DNA from: Octopus sinensis
Taxonomy: Eukaryota
Direction: 5' to 3'
Assembly (NCBI RefSeq): GCF_006345805.1
Contig: NC_043003.1
Location: 78,988,001-79,052,000, forward strand
DNA: 64,000 bases
Below, one piece after another: positions 25,771 through 39,254 of the stretch (position 1 is its first letter; the number at the start of each line of letters is the position of its first letter). Made by a program: the position numbers and the translations under genes. Below the pieces are notes generated by a model, which saw only the letters and a list, made by a program, of their open reading frames with translations, made no database searches and was not told the origin of the DNA.

Positions 25771-26349
25771 GTGATCCTATACTCGATGGATCAAAAGTGT
25801 AAGAATTCTAAAGATAATTACAGTCAAGTGAAAATATCCACAACTGAGTGTAGAGATGGTAGCAAATAAAATCATGACAAAGTTAGGGTTTGCGGTTTGT
25901 TACAATATGTAGGAGATGAGTGGTGAGTATATGTATGCGTGAATGAATTGGTGTATATGTGTGTGTGCGCGCGCGTGTGTGCATTTATTGCATGGGTGTG
26001 TGCGTCAATTTGTGTGTTTGTATGTGTGCTTGTCAGTATGCGTGCTTGTCAGTATGCGTGCTTGTCAGTATGTGTGTGTCAGTAAAATACTTATATATTC
26101 GTGTGTGTATATGTGCGAATGCATGATTGTGTCAGTATGTGTGTATGTGTGTATAAGTTTGTGTGACCCTCTATGTGTATGTGTGTGTGTGTGTGTGCGT
26201 GTGTGTGTGTGTGTGTAATTGCTCTTTATTTATTTGGCAAGGAAACTGAATGTAACATGCTGTGAGATTTATAATTCCTTATAAAATAGAAAATTACATC
26301 AGTCAGCGACAAGCGTCGAAGTCGCAGTCATAGTAGTTGTAGTAGTAGT

Positions 26350-26402
<53 letters not shown>

Positions 26403-27439
26403 TGAGAGTAAGTAACATAAGACATGTGCCATAGTATAAACATACCTTCATTCAGTGTAATGAGTACTGTGTTTTGAGATGGCTGCCAATAAGGATGTCC
26501 GTCAAGGTTTCTAACATTGAATAGAGTCCGTTTCGGAAATAGGCGTCTCGGGATTTCTGGGTTGCTTGTAAACGTCTAGATAATTTGGGGCACCTCTAAG
26601 CATGCTCAGAACGACTTCAGGTTGTCTGAGTTGACTTGCCATGACAGAATTTTTATGCGAGGCTATCAAAGTTTTGGATCTTTCTGCAACCATCGGTGCG
26701 CGAACCGCACCTCACGAACGCAGTTCGCAAGATGATTGTGATTTATAAACAGTTTTGAACAGGAGCCGGTAAAAGAAGACTGGACATGCAATGCGTATGT
26801 ACACACTGAATTCGTAAAACGGAAGAGAAGAATAAAAATGTGATGCGCACGTCAAAATAAAACGGAAGAGAAGAATAAAAAAACGTAATGTCAAACAAGT
26901 TATATGATGGTTTGCATGCCACGTCTGACACCACTATCATTCAGCTTTACTGCAATTTCCTTGTTATACATTCATTCAAAAGTGTACTGAAGGAATCTAA
27001 TGCTGTATCTTGGATCTGGATTTATGCGGTTTACCCCGAAAGAATTCGCGACAAGCACTGGAGATAAAATCATGACGGCGTGCGCCATTTTCTCCCTTCT
27101 CTTTCTCGAATCTATAGAACTTGTAATGAGAGATACAATAATCTACACTAACGGAACGTAGATCAAAAGACAACGGATGCTGCCACTACTGAGTACTTCT
27201 ATTGATGATCTTCATGCCATAACAGAAACCAGGAGAGAAGTTCGAAGCTAAAACATGTCCGTAGCTGTCACTTGTCATCTTACAAAGATCAGGTCTTTTT
27301 TACTTAAGCACGAATAATCCCCTGTAGAATCAGTTTTTAATCTGAATTCATCTCCCGAATTTTCTGAGAATTGCTGAGAATTGCTGTTGGGGCTTTGTTT
27401 CCTTTCTCTCGGAGTAAATATTCATTTATTTTATATTAC

Positions 27440-27830
27440 ATGCTTTAGTCATTATTTTGACTGCAGCCATGCTGGAGCGCTGCCTTAAAGGGTTTTAGCT
27501 AAATAAATCGCCCCCAGAACTTATTTTTAAAGCCTAGTACTTATTCTATCAGTCTCTTTTGTCTAACCGCTAAGTAACGGGGACGTAAACACACCAACAC
27601 CATTTGTCAAGCGGTGGTGGAGGACAGACACATACACAAACACACACGCACGCACACACGCACACACACATACACGACAGGCTTCTTTCAGTTTCCGTCT
27701 ACCAAATCCACTCACAAAGCTTTGGTTGATCCGAAATTATTGTAAAGACCCTTGCCCAAAGTGCTACACAGTGGAACCGAACCCGGAACCATGTAGTTGG
27801 GAAGCTAGCTCCTTACCGCACAGCCATGAG
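27440..27830 (-). mobile_element. SINE family B
   Basis: Reverse-complement copy with internal (CA)n. Confidence 0.88.
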
Positions 27831-28284
27831 TTGTTGTTTTTTAATCTTTGTATACGTTATTCGGTACAGTACTACCTACATGAATGTTTCCAAAAATATC
27901 AACTGCATATGAAAACCGAAAACTGTTCCAGTTTGTCCATAAGATGGAGCTATATTAAAAATTTTCTCTTTGAAATTATAAGTAGGCTGATTCCAATGTC
28001 CAAGGAGCAGACAACTGAGTGCTTTGTTAGGATTATTTATGAAATAATCAGCGATTCTTATTCGTTTGGAGGTGATTCGAGTACACAAAGCCGATGAGCT
28101 GAAAAAAACAGCCAAATATCGATATCAGAATGTTGCTGATTAGTGACTTCGAAGTTTTGGCCAGCTAAGCCATTTAACTGCAGTCATACGATTGCAGCCA
28201 TGCTGGGACACTGCCTTGAAAGGTTTTAGTCGAACAAATCCACTTATTTTTTAAAGCCTAGTACTTCTTTTTTTTAATCTTATA

Positions 28285-28458
28285 TAGGTGCAGAAGTGGG
28301 TTTGTGGTAAGTAGCTTGTTTACCAACCACATGGTCCCGGGTTCAGTCCCACTGCGTGGCACCTTGGGCAAGTGTCTTCTACAATAGCCTCGGGCCGACC
28401 AAAGCCTTGTGAGTGGATTTGGTAGACGGAAACTGAAAGAAGTCCGTCGTGTATATAC

Positions 28459-28551
<93 letters not shown>

Positions 28552-28770
28552 GTGTGTGTGTGTGTGAGTGTATTTGTTTGTCACCCCAGCATCGCTTGAC
28601 AACCGATGCTGGTATATTTACGTCACCATAACTTAGCGGTTCGGCAAAAGAGACCAATAGAATAAGTACTAGGCTTACAAAGAACAAGCTCTTGGGGTCG
28701 ATTTGCTCGACTATAAAGGCGGTGCTCCAGCATGGCCGCAGTCAAATGACTGAAACAAGTAAAAGAGTAT
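28285..28770 (+). mobile_element. SINE family B with expanded internal (TG)n
   Basis: Head, core, ~100-bp (TG)n, tail. Confidence 0.92.
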
Positions 28771-29607
28771 AGCGATATTTCGCTGCAAAACAGCGAAATA
28801 GCAATGTATCGAACTGCAGTCAGACTATGGCTTAGCTAGCAAAAACTTCGAAATCACTGTTAACATTCTTGTATAAGAATAATAAATTTGTATTCTACAA
28901 AAGTATAGAGATATCGATATCCATCGTAGTCGATCACCTACGGGGCGAATTGTCTCGTCTAGTTCAAGGCATTCAGTATTTTTGAACACTCGACATCTTA
29001 AAGGGACTTTTCCCATTGATGCTATCCTGCAGCAAATTAGCGCATAAACAATGCACATACATCAAGTATGTGACATCGATAATGAGGAGCGCTCATAATT
29101 CAGATTCAGTTCAAATTTAATTCAAATGGTATTAACCGGAAGGAAATGGAGCGTAAGGAAAACTAACGACATAGCAGACTTCAGCCTCGAAGTGAGAAGT
29201 GGTGATTGGTGCTATGCAGAATAGACAGGTTGGAACCGGGACAGAGAGGAAACAAATGGATATCCTGCCAGAAAAAGACGAGATATAGCGAACAAAGTAA
29301 TTGGTTTCAGTACTATACTCTATATTTCGTATATGTACTCCGTGTTATCGTGTTTACATTTATGCTTCTGTATATGTATATACATACAGGGTGCCGAAAT
29401 GCCGAAATGACAGAATAGTTTGCACTGTGGGAAAAATGCTTAGTTGCATTTCTTCCAGCTTTTTGCGTTTTGAATTCAGATCCTGCCGAGGTCAAATTTG
29501 CCTTTCATCCCTTCCAGGTCGCTAAAAAAATAATAAATACCAGTTTTGAGCATTAGGGGTCAATGTAATTTTCTAGCGCCTTTCCTAAAATTGATACCTT
29601 ATTTGTT

Positions 29608-29840
29608 ATTTCTTTATTGCCCTCAAAGGGCTAAAACATAGAGGGGACAAACAAGGACAGACAAAGGAATTAAGCCGATTAGATCGACTCCTGTGCGTCA
29701 CTGGTACTTAATTTATCGACCCAGAAAGGATGAAAGGCAAAGTCGACCTCGGCGGAATTCGAACTCAGAACGTAACGACAGACGAAATAGCGCTAAGTAT
29801 TTCGCCCGGCGTGCTAACGTTTCTACCAGCTCGCTGCCTT
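29608..29840 (-). mobile_element. SINE family A (A1 tail)
   Basis: Reverse-complement copy. Confidence 0.88.
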
Positions 29841-30164
29841 TGAAACCGTGTGTGTGTGTGTGTGCGCGCGCGCGCGCGCATGCGTGCGAGCACAGTGTGT
29901 GTTATGAATTCAGATCCTGCCGTGGTCAACTTTGTCTTTAATTGCTTCAGAGTCGATAAAGTAGTACCAGTTTTGAGATCTGGGATCGATGTAAATGACT
30001 AACCCCTCTCCTAAAATAGAAACCACATGTGTATACATATATACATTTGTGTATGTGTGTACGTGTGTGTATGCGTCAATTATTGATAGAGAGGAAGAAA
30101 TAATGTGAAGTATTTAATCAAATTGTTTACTCATATCTCACCAGTATTTTGACAATCGTAGTTA

Positions 30165-30556
30165 TTGGTGTCAATTTTGGCGCAAAGCCACCAATTTCAG
30201 GAGAATGAATAAGTCAATTTGATCGACCCCAGTGTACTTATTTTATCGACCCCGAAAGGATTCTGAAACGCAAAGTCGGCCTCGGTGGAATTGAACTCAG
30301 AACGCAGCGGCGGACGAAATACCTATTTCTTTACTACCCACAAGGGGCTAAACACAGAGGGGACAAACAAGGACAGACAAACGGATCAAGTCGATTACAT
30401 CGACCCCAGTGCGTAACTGATACTTAATTTATCGACCCCGAAAGGATGAAAGGCAAAATCGACCTCGGCGGAATTTGAACTCAAGAACGTAACGGCAGAC
30501 GAAATACGGTTACACATTTCGCCCGGCGTGCTAACGTTTCTGCCAGCTCGCCGTCT
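30165..30556 (-). mobile_element. SINE family A, dimeric A1+A2 form
   Basis: Same two-module structure and junction (AAATAGGTATTTCGTCC on element strand) as 664-1057. Confidence 0.88.
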
Positions 30557-30572
30557 CAATATATGTCCATGT

Positions 30573-30788
30573 ATTGGTTTCAAATTTTGAACAAGGCCAG
30601 CAAGTTCGGGGAAGTGGATAAGTCGATAACATCGACCCCAGTGTTTAACTGATACTTATTTTATCGACGACGAAAGGATTTTAAAAGGCAAAGTCGACCT
30701 CGACGGAAGTTGAAGTGAAAGCGTAAAGCACGAAATGCCGCGAAACATTTTGCCTGGCGTGCTAGGGATTCTACCAGCTCACCTCCTT
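30573..30788 (-). mobile_element. SINE family A (A2 tail)
   Basis: Reverse-complement copy. Confidence 0.85.
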
Positions 30789-30792
30789 AAAT

Positions 30793-30831
<39 letters not shown>

Positions 30832-30835
30832 AATA

Positions 30836-30873
<38 letters not shown>

Positions 30874-30874
<1 letters not shown>

Positions 30875-31335
30875 GTGAGTGGCTGTGTGGTAAGTAGCTT
30901 GCTTCCCAACCACATGGTTCCGGGCACCTTGGGCAAGTGCCTTCTACTATAGCCTCGGGCCGACCAAGGCCTTGTGAGTGGATTTGGTAGACGGAAACTG
31001 AAAGAAGCCCGTCTTATATAAGTATATATATATATATATATATATATGCGTGTGTGGTGTGTGTGTGTGTGTGTGTGTGTGTCTGTGTGTGTCTGTGTCT
31101 GTGTGTCTGTGTGTCTGTGTTTGTGTGTATGTGTTTGTCCACCTAACATCGCTTGACAACCGATGCTGGTGTGTTTATGTTCCCGTAACTTAGCGGTTCG
31201 GCGAAAGAGACTGATAGAATAAGTACTTGGCTTACAAAGAATAAGTTGTGGAATCGATTTGTTCGACTAAAGGCGGTACTCCAGCATGGCCGCAGTCAAA
31301 TGACTGAAACAAGTAAAAAAGCAAAAGACGAAAAG
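30874..31335 (+). mobile_element. SINE family B
   Basis: Head, core, (TA)n(TG)n, tail. Confidence 0.9.
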
Positions 31336-31481
31336 AGTACAATAACGCCTCTACAACTACTATCACCATAACCAGCTCACTGCTATACTATGTACCTCAA
31401 CTATCACAACCACCTTAATTGCTACAATCAATGCAATATAGTACTGTAGGAGCCACCATAGCCATCACATTATGAGAAGTA

Positions 31482-31868
31482 GAATAGGAGCACTCCGTCG
31501 GTTGCGACGATGAGGGTCCCAGCTGATACGATCAACGGAACAGCTTGCTCGTGATATTAACGTGCAAGTGGCTGAGCACTCCACAGACACGTGTACTCTT
31601 AACGTAGTTCTCGAGGAGATTCAGCGTGACACAGAGTGTGACAAGGCTGGCCCTTTGAAATACAGATAGAAGAGAAACAGGAAGAAAGAGCGAGAGAAAG
31701 TTGTGGTGAAAGAGTACAGCAGGGTTCACCCCCCCCCCCTGCCGGAGCCTCGTGGAGCTTTAGGTGTTTTCGCTCAATAAACACTCACAATGCCCGGTCT
31801 GGGAATCGAAACCGCGATCCTCCGACCGCGAGTCCGCTGCCCTAACCACTGGGCCATTGCACCTCCAC
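31482..31868 (-). mobile_element. SINE family C (tail type 1) with 12-bp target-site duplication
   Basis: Homologous to 9003-9385; TTATGAGAAGTA at 31470-31481 and 31869-31880. Confidence 0.93.
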
Positions 31869-31894
31869 TTATGAGAAGTAACAAAACCATTACA

Positions 31895-32056
31895 AGACGC
31901 AGGCCTCGCTGCGTGGTAAGAAGTTTGCTTTCCAACCACACGATTCAGTGTTGAGTCCCACTTGTTGGTACCTTGGGCAAGTGTCTTCTACGATAGCCTC
32001 AGCCCAACCAAAGCCTTGTGAGTGGATTTGGCAGACGGAAACTGAAAGAAGCTCAT

Positions 32057-32060
<4 letters not shown>
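31895..32060 (-). mobile_element. SINE family B 5' half
   Basis: Note: GGCCTCGCTGCGTGGTAAG...CCTTGGGCAAGTG reads as family B head/core; orientation and limits approximate. Confidence 0.6.
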
Positions 32061-32094
<34 letters not shown>

Positions 32095-32319
32095 TATATA
32101 CATATACATATATATGGCTTTTTGCAACTGGCGCCAGGGAGAGGGAACGAACGGTTTAAACGATAGCGGTGCGAAACTGTTATGATCTCACCGACTTTGA
32201 CTGATGAGGAATTAGCTACAAATTTTCCGTTTCCTATGTTTTTATTAATTCTTTGAGATATGTGTGTGTGGGAGGGGTGAGTGTGTGTGTGTATGCGTGT
32301 GTGTATGTGTGCGTGTGAA

Positions 32320-32545
32320 TCTTTGTCTGTGTTTGTCCTTCATCACTGCTTGACAACCGGTGTTGGTTTGTTTACGACCCCCGTAACTTAGCGGTTCGGC
32401 AAAAGACACCGATAGAATAAGTGCCAAGTTAAAAGAAAATAAATATGGTACTAGGTCAATTCGTTCGACTAAAAAATTTTCAAGGCGGTGCCCCAGCATG
32501 GTCGCAGTCTGACGCCTGGAACGAGTAAAAGATAAAAGATAAAAG
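32320..32545 (+). mobile_element. SINE family B 3' half
   Basis: TGTGTTTGTCC...GCGGTTCGGCAAAAGA...GTAAAAGATAAAAG. Confidence 0.85.
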
Positions 32546-32941
32546 ATAGTACAATGAAGCATTTCCACAATACACCCACTGCTACTACTACCAAAGCCAC
32601 TACATTGCCACCATAACCCATACCACGACGCTACCATTACCATCACTACAATTCCACCAGGATCACTACACCACCACCGCTACTGCCACAAACACTTCAC
32701 CCAACGCTCGTCGCACTAACTTCCTTATTGCCAATATCACAACCACCACACTATAACCATTACCGCCACCACCACTACCACCACCACCACCACCACCGTC
32801 GCCGTCACTACCACCATCACCACACAACTACAACACATACAAACTACCTGTTATATTTTGTTTCCTACGAAATTCCAAACATTTTCGTCTAACTTGCTTT
32901 TACTTATCTTCACAGATGGCTTTTATTGTAGTAGTAATAGT

Positions 32942-32999
<58 letters not shown>

Positions 33000-33168
33000 A
33001 TTATTGTTGTAGCAGCAGCAGCAGTAGTAGTAGTAGCAGCGGTAGTCACAATTGCAGTAGTAACTCCCTCCACATTTTTCTTTCTAACTTCCTCTCCCCT
33101 TTATCCATCACTCTCACTCTCTCTCTCTCTCCATCGTCATCCCTCACTCTTTCACGCCTCTTTTTCTT

Positions 33169-33219
<51 letters not shown>

Positions 33220-33914
33220 GTCTTTCTCTCTCCTTCTTTCTCTACTATTATAAACGTACTTGTATTTGCAGCGGTTATATTCAGACTCATCCCCATCATC
33301 TTTACCACCGTTAACTGTCAGCATCCCCATACTCATCATCATCATCATCATCATCATCATCACCACCATTGATGATGGTGATAATCATCATCATTACCAT
33401 CATAAATATTAATATTAATATTCTGGATGTATCCTTCAAAGAAAAAAGTTAGTCTTAGTTCTATAAGCTCATAATTACCCTGAAGAAGTTCTGCCCCATG
33501 TATTTTAAAAACAATGATACCTTTCTTAGCATATAACCAAATGCATAGAAACGCATATTAAAAAGGACCTAGAAATGAAACACATATTGTTTTTTCCCTT
33601 TTTTCGGGTTTTACAAATTATAATTTATTCCTATCGTTATGTTTTTATATTATACAAATAAATTATTCATACATCCATTTTTCTTCATTTACTTTCTTTC
33701 AATATTAATAATATGTATTACTACAATAATCCCTTACATATTGCAATGAATTTCGCATTATATGAGAGTGATTAACCAGTGGAATCTTTTGGATTATATA
33801 ATCCATAATGTGGATTTAACTTACTCGAATTGACTATATCTAGTTGAAATTTACAGAAAAATAAAAGACGAAGACAGGTGTTTCTATAATTTACTAAAAC
33901 AAAAGCAGGGGTTG

Positions 33915-34961
33915 AACAATTACATCATTTTTCGTCATAGTTTCCTTGCTTTTCGATGCGCTTCTTCCAGCGGTCCAAAAGTTTGATTATTCCATCGGAG
34001 AGGAAAGTTATCGGCTGCTGTTGCAGATATCTATGCACCACTTCCTGCGCTGCTTCGTCTGTAGCAAATTGGCGACCTCGTTAATTGTGTCTGAGCAGTT
34101 CAAGGAGGTGGTAGTCGGAAGGTGCGAGATCTGAACTGTATGCAGACTGTTCCAGCAAATCTCAACCCAATTTTTCAATGACTTCGGCTGTAAGTGGGCG
34201 TACATTGTCGTGCAATAATAACACTTGCCTTGATAAACGACCTCGGCGTTTGAAGCTAGTTATTGTTTTCAATTTGTTGGCCACCATTTCACTATAGCCT
34301 ACCTACCTACACTGGGGACTCTAGACCCCCTTTTCCAGGTAACGTTCCAGTATAGGCTCTTTTGCACCCCCACAAAACGGTTTATTACGGAAGGTTGCTT
34401 CTTGAATTTCTTTTTCGCTGGCGACTTCATTCCATAGTCTACCTTTTCGACTCTGGCTCAAAGGGATGGACACAGTCTCATCTCCTGTGACTCTTCTCTC
34501 CAAAAAACAATCGCCTTCATTGTTGTGACAGTCGAGTACGTGTTGACAGACCTTAACATGGCTGTGCTTCGGTAGTCCCTCTTGGCACCCATCTCGCACA
34601 TACTTTATGGAAGTGAAGCTTGTGGATGATTTCTTATACAGAACCATGATTGATATGCAGAGAGCGTGCCACCTCATCGCTGCTCACTCGTCGACTCGCT
34701 AGAGCCATCTCTCAAATTTATTGAATCTTCATGTTACTGGTGAAGGTTGATGGGCTTCCTGTTCTCTTTGTGCTTCACGCTTGTCCGCCCGTTTTAAAAC
34801 TTCTCGATCCACTCATACACACGTCTACGTAGTAGAACGCTGTTCCTATATTGCACTGAAAGCCTGCAATGAATTTCAGCTTCTGGCACACCTTTAGACC
34901 AGAGAAATCAGATCACTACCCTCCGTTCTTCTTTGGTGCAAACTGCCATCGGAGCGGCCAT
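33915..34961 (-). pseudogene. Mariner transposase remnant (near full length, many lesions)
   Basis: MAAPMAVCTKEERRVVI*FLWSKGV start; RRVTGDET; YSSDLAPSDYHL (YSPDLAPSDY motif); LLDRWKKRIEKQGNY end. Confidence 0.92.
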
Positions 34962-35198
34962 GTTTACTCTGTAACACAAGAAAGAAAACTGGTGTGATCA
35001 AGGTCAAACCTCGGTTACGTAATCACAAAAGCATTTCCTTTTAGCATGCGAGTACTAAAGGAACTGCAACCAGCTTAAAAAAGAAAGTAGTGGCAAAAGT
35101 GCGGATAACACGCACACACACACACACGTGTATGTATACGAGGGGCTTCTTTCAGTTTCCATTTACCAAATCCACTCACAAGGATTTGGTCGTGCCCA

Positions 35199-35240
<42 letters not shown>

Positions 35241-35323
35241 TGAAAATTCATAGTTCTTTGAGCCTATCTCAGTTTACCATGGCACAAATAATCAAAAACG
35301 TAATACCATGTGCCATTAATTTC

Positions 35324-35764
35324 CAAGTGATACTGGGGTAAAATATACAAAGCCCAGTATACCCATCATGACTACCTGTCTGATAAGGGTACACAAGGCA
35401 CATGTTTCGCAACCATATGTACGCGACATAGTGATCTCATATCAAGGTAAACAGCACATGACCTTGTAAGTGGGTTCCAGTTAGAATTTTCTTCTGGTCG
35501 AGTAGCTCATCCCAAATAAGGGTTGTTGAAGGATGTTGAACGAAACATCCATGTTTCCAAAGGTGAATTATCCAAGCCTCAAAGAATTCCTCTCAACACA
35601 TGGCTATGATGCTCCCCCACTACTTCCGTTCGTGATCAGAGACGCACATATCTTCAGCCACTAAGGGACATGCTCAACTGGTTAAGGTCAAACAACTGAC
35701 AAGCAAATTTGTGGTAATGAGCAGAATATTTGCTGTAACCAATGTTTTATATCAAGACAAAGCA
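35324..35764 (-). mobile_element. Family F non-coding retroposon (LINE 3'-like), 5'-truncated copy
   Basis: Homologous to 35905-36438 over ~440 bp. Confidence 0.75.
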
Positions 35765-35904
<140 letters not shown>

Positions 35905-36438
35905 ATTGAGTGAGAGAGCAGTGCATGCCATCAAAGTGACACTGGGATAAAATATACGAAGCCCAGTATACCCATCATGACTACCCGTCTGATAAGGGTA
36001 CACCAGGCACATGCATCACAACCATGTGTGCACGACATGGTGATCTCATATCAATGTAAACAACGCATGACCTTGCAAGTGGGGCCCAGTTAGAATTTTC
36101 TTCTGTTCGAGTAGCCCATCCCGCTCAAAAGGTCCCTGAATAAAGGTTGTTTAAGGATGTTGAACAAAACACTCATGTTTCCAGAGGTGAATTATTCAAA
36201 CCCCAAAGAATGCTACCCCACTACTTCTGCTCGTGATCAGAGATGCACATATCGTCAGGCACTAAGGGATATGGTCAACTGGTTGAGGTGAAACAACTGA
36301 CAAGCAAATCTGTGATATAGAGCAGAATATTTGCTGTAGCCCATCTTTTATGCCAAGACAAAACAATGTACATGATAACACTTCCAATCAGTTAAGATCA
36401 GCAGCTATGAGAGCCACTGTCTGGTACTGCATCAGGGC
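35905..36438 (-). mobile_element. Family F non-coding retroposon ending CACTCAATAAA+(AAT)n
   Basis: Bounded on both sides by (AAT)n; homologous to 35324-35764. Confidence 0.78.
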
Positions 36439-36459
36439 CTTTATTATTATTATTATTAT

Positions 36460-36811
36460 TGTCATTTACTTTTAATCTGCATGTTTGATGCAATCACTTG
36501 CCGGGGCACACCCAGCGCTCTTGGGCAAGTGAAGGTTAAGAGTTGTTGAAATATAGCTGAAAGCTTGGGGAGGGGAAGTAGAGAAATATCTTCATGTAAT
36601 ACAAACACAAACATTTATATTGATAGGGTTTTTCTAAGGATGTGGGCAGTACTTGTTAGCACAATCTTTTGGATTTCCTTGAGACATGGTTCTCCAGGGA
36701 TATTGTCTAGGTTTCTGACATCCTTTTTTATCATACCTAGGGCACCTACAATAACAGGAAAGGTTTTGTTTTAAGATTCCACATCTTTTGTATTTCGATT
36801 CCAGGTCCTTA

Positions 36812-36813
<2 letters not shown>
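36460..36813 (-). pseudogene. R4/Dong-type non-LTR retrotransposon, C-terminus and 3' UTR
   Basis: YKDLE.EIQKMWNLK...PVIVGALGMIKK...IPGEPCLKEIQKIVLTSTAHILRKTLSI* (stop 36615-36617) matches the RLE-type R4/Dong C-terminal pattern; flanked by (AAT)n. Confidence 0.85.
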
Positions 36814-36866
<53 letters not shown>

Positions 36867-36981
36867 GTTGTTGTTGTTGTTGTCGTCGTCGTCGTCATTA
36901 TTATTATTATTATTATTACTTTTTTTTCTTCTTCTTTCAAATTTGCTATCATTTCTTGCCGAGTTATTATTATTATTATTA

Positions 36982-37029
<48 letters not shown>

Positions 37030-37050
37030 TATTATTATTATTATTATTAT
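36814..37050. repeat. (TTA)n-rich microsatellite
   Basis: Directly visible. Confidence 0.95.
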
Positions 37051-37514
37051 TTGTTTGTTTGTTTGTTTCAATCAACGCTTAATATTTACGAAAAAGATTT
37101 TCGAAATATTCTGATGCTGCTTTCAACGTCACTTTCTAACTCACATTTCCTCTCCTATCCCTATTTAAGGATATTTTCGGCATCCGTTTTTTTTTTCTGA
37201 TTTGCCGCCACCCTTATTTTTTTGTAAAAATCTTGTCATAATATCTTCCCACATGATTTTACTGTTGTCCACTGTGTTATAAATATCCTGGCCTGCAGTC
37301 CTCATAAGCAGTCCTCGTGCACTTGTCTCCGTGAGTGTGTGCATGTGTGTCTGTGTGTGCGCGTGCCTGTGTGTGCGCGCGTGTCTGTGTGCCTGTGCGT
37401 GTGTATGCGCGAGCGTTATCTGTGTGCGAACGTATACATGCCTTTATATATTTTTAATTTATAAATTTATAAATACATGTTGTCAACAATACATATCCAT
37501 GTGCATGTCAGTTA

Positions 37515-37690
37515 ATGGACTGCAGCCATGCTGCGGCACTGCCTTGAGAGCTTTAGTCGCACAATCGACGCCAGCACTTATCTTTATAAGTGTGGTACTT
37601 ATTTCATCGGAGTCCTTTGCCCAACCGCAATGTTATAGGGGTGCATAAATAAACCAGCATCTGTTATCAAATGGTGGTAGTGGCCAAACA
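37515..37690 (-). mobile_element. SINE family B 3' half
   Basis: GACTGCAGCCATGCTG..GGTACTTATTTCATCGG..GACCAAACAC-like reverse-complement tail. Confidence 0.75.
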
Positions 37691-37865
37691 CAAACACACA
37701 CATACATACATATATACATATATGCATATAGGTTATGAGAGGTGATGATGTCAGTGAGACCCAAAGGTGTCAGATAATGCTGAACAAGTACTATGGATAG
37801 ACCATAGTTAAGTTCCAGATTCGGTGATTATGCGAATAAGGGGTCCAACTTAGGTCATATATCAG

Positions 37866-37911
<46 letters not shown>

Positions 37912-37921
37912 TAGATATATA

Positions 37922-38160
37922 TAGGGGAAGAGTTCACGAAAAAAACAAAAGACGAAGACAGGTGGTGTTCAAAACAAACAGATGTATTAGTATAACGCTC
38001 AGGAATTGAAAAAGTCTTTTACGTTTCGAGCCTACGTTCTTCTACAGAGAGGGAAACAGAAAAAAAAAAAAACAAGGAGAGAAACCAGGAGAGAAAAAAT
38101 GTGTGTAGTGGCTACCGATCAATCATGGCGACTGCCGGACAGGGCAATACTTACATACAT
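37922..38160 (-). mobile_element. Penelope pseudo-LTR-like repeat (same family as 22690-22965)
   Basis: Reverse-complement homology incl. AAAAGACGAAGACAGGTG end and HHR motif; starts at (TA)n. Confidence 0.75.
38016..38051 (-). ncRNA. Minimal hammerhead motif, CUGUAGA core, slightly decayed
   Basis: CUCU-CUGUAGA-A-GAAC(GUAG)GCUC-GAAA-CG-UA-AAAG; one mismatch each in helix I and helix II. Confidence 0.65.
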
Positions 38161-38459
38161 AGTTGAAGGATTAAAATTAATCAAAGGATATACTAAGTAT
38201 GTCTACCTGCTGCATATAACAGTTAAAACTCTTATTCAAATCGCCAAAATACACTGATACTAACTACAAAAATCAACCGTCCGAAGGCAAACGGGCTAAG
38301 ACAATCTCTCAGCACACATTCAAGTATTTGGACTGACGTGGACCGGTTTCTGGACTGGCATAATAGCCTCACTTTCCTCAAATATTTTCTCGTGAATTAT
38401 TTGCTCCGTATCGAAATTATATTATATAGATAATATATATATATATATTATATATATAT

Positions 38460-38490
<31 letters not shown>

Positions 38491-38499
38491 ATACTCACA

Positions 38500-38655
38500 C
38501 AACAGGCTTCTTTCAGTTTCTCTCAACCTAATCCATTCACAAGGCTTTGATCAGCTTGGAGCTATAGTTGAAGACACTCGCTCAAGGTGCCACTCAGTGG
38601 GACGGAACCCGGAACCATGTGGTTGGGAAGCAAATTTCTTACCACACAGCTACGC
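38500..38655 (-). mobile_element. SINE family B 5' half
   Basis: GGCTTCTTTCAGTTTC...AAGGTGCC...CCATGTGGTTGGGAAGC...ACCACACAGC. Confidence 0.85.
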
Positions 38656-39217
38656 CTCCATATTGATACACTTCCATTGTATAATACAGTAGTGAAGTCT
38701 AATAACAGGCGTTGAAACGGGTCTGTTGTGTTGTGTAATTGTGAAATCTAAACACTGGCACACACTAGCAGAGGAATCGCTGGATATCGCTCTTTTAAGA
38801 TGTGTACTCGCAAATATATTTTCTCCTCTAAGTAAACGCAATGTACAATTGCATGAATGCAGAAGTTCCCATCTGATAACATTTAAGTATAAAAATACTA
38901 ATATTGATCAAGCTTATCTTGGAGAAGACCAAAAATATTACTGGTCATCGTACTGAATCCCAGAAATAGCTCTATAGAGTTCCAAGAGATTTTTCAAGAT
39001 ACATATTTCCTAATATAGCGTGGACGTAAATATATTCAGTGAAGCTGGTGGCGTTGCTGTGGATTTTGACCAATGGTGAATATAAATTCGCACATTTGTG
39101 AGAGAATATTTCTAACACTGTGATCTACCAACCCTTATGGAAGTAGAAGAAAATCTCTCTCTCTCTCCTGATATATATATCTCATTACGCAAAAAATTCA
39201 TATCTATATATATATAC

Positions 39218-39254
<37 letters not shown>

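Noticed and set aside
32170-32235. GAAACTGTT ... CTGATGA-GGAA..TTCC
   Set aside because: Neither type I nor permuted type II geometry gives a paired helix I; no GAAA after helix II.
38700-39130. Possible LINE endonuclease remnant (LANIFSP...LGEDQ)
   Set aside because: Too degenerate to support.
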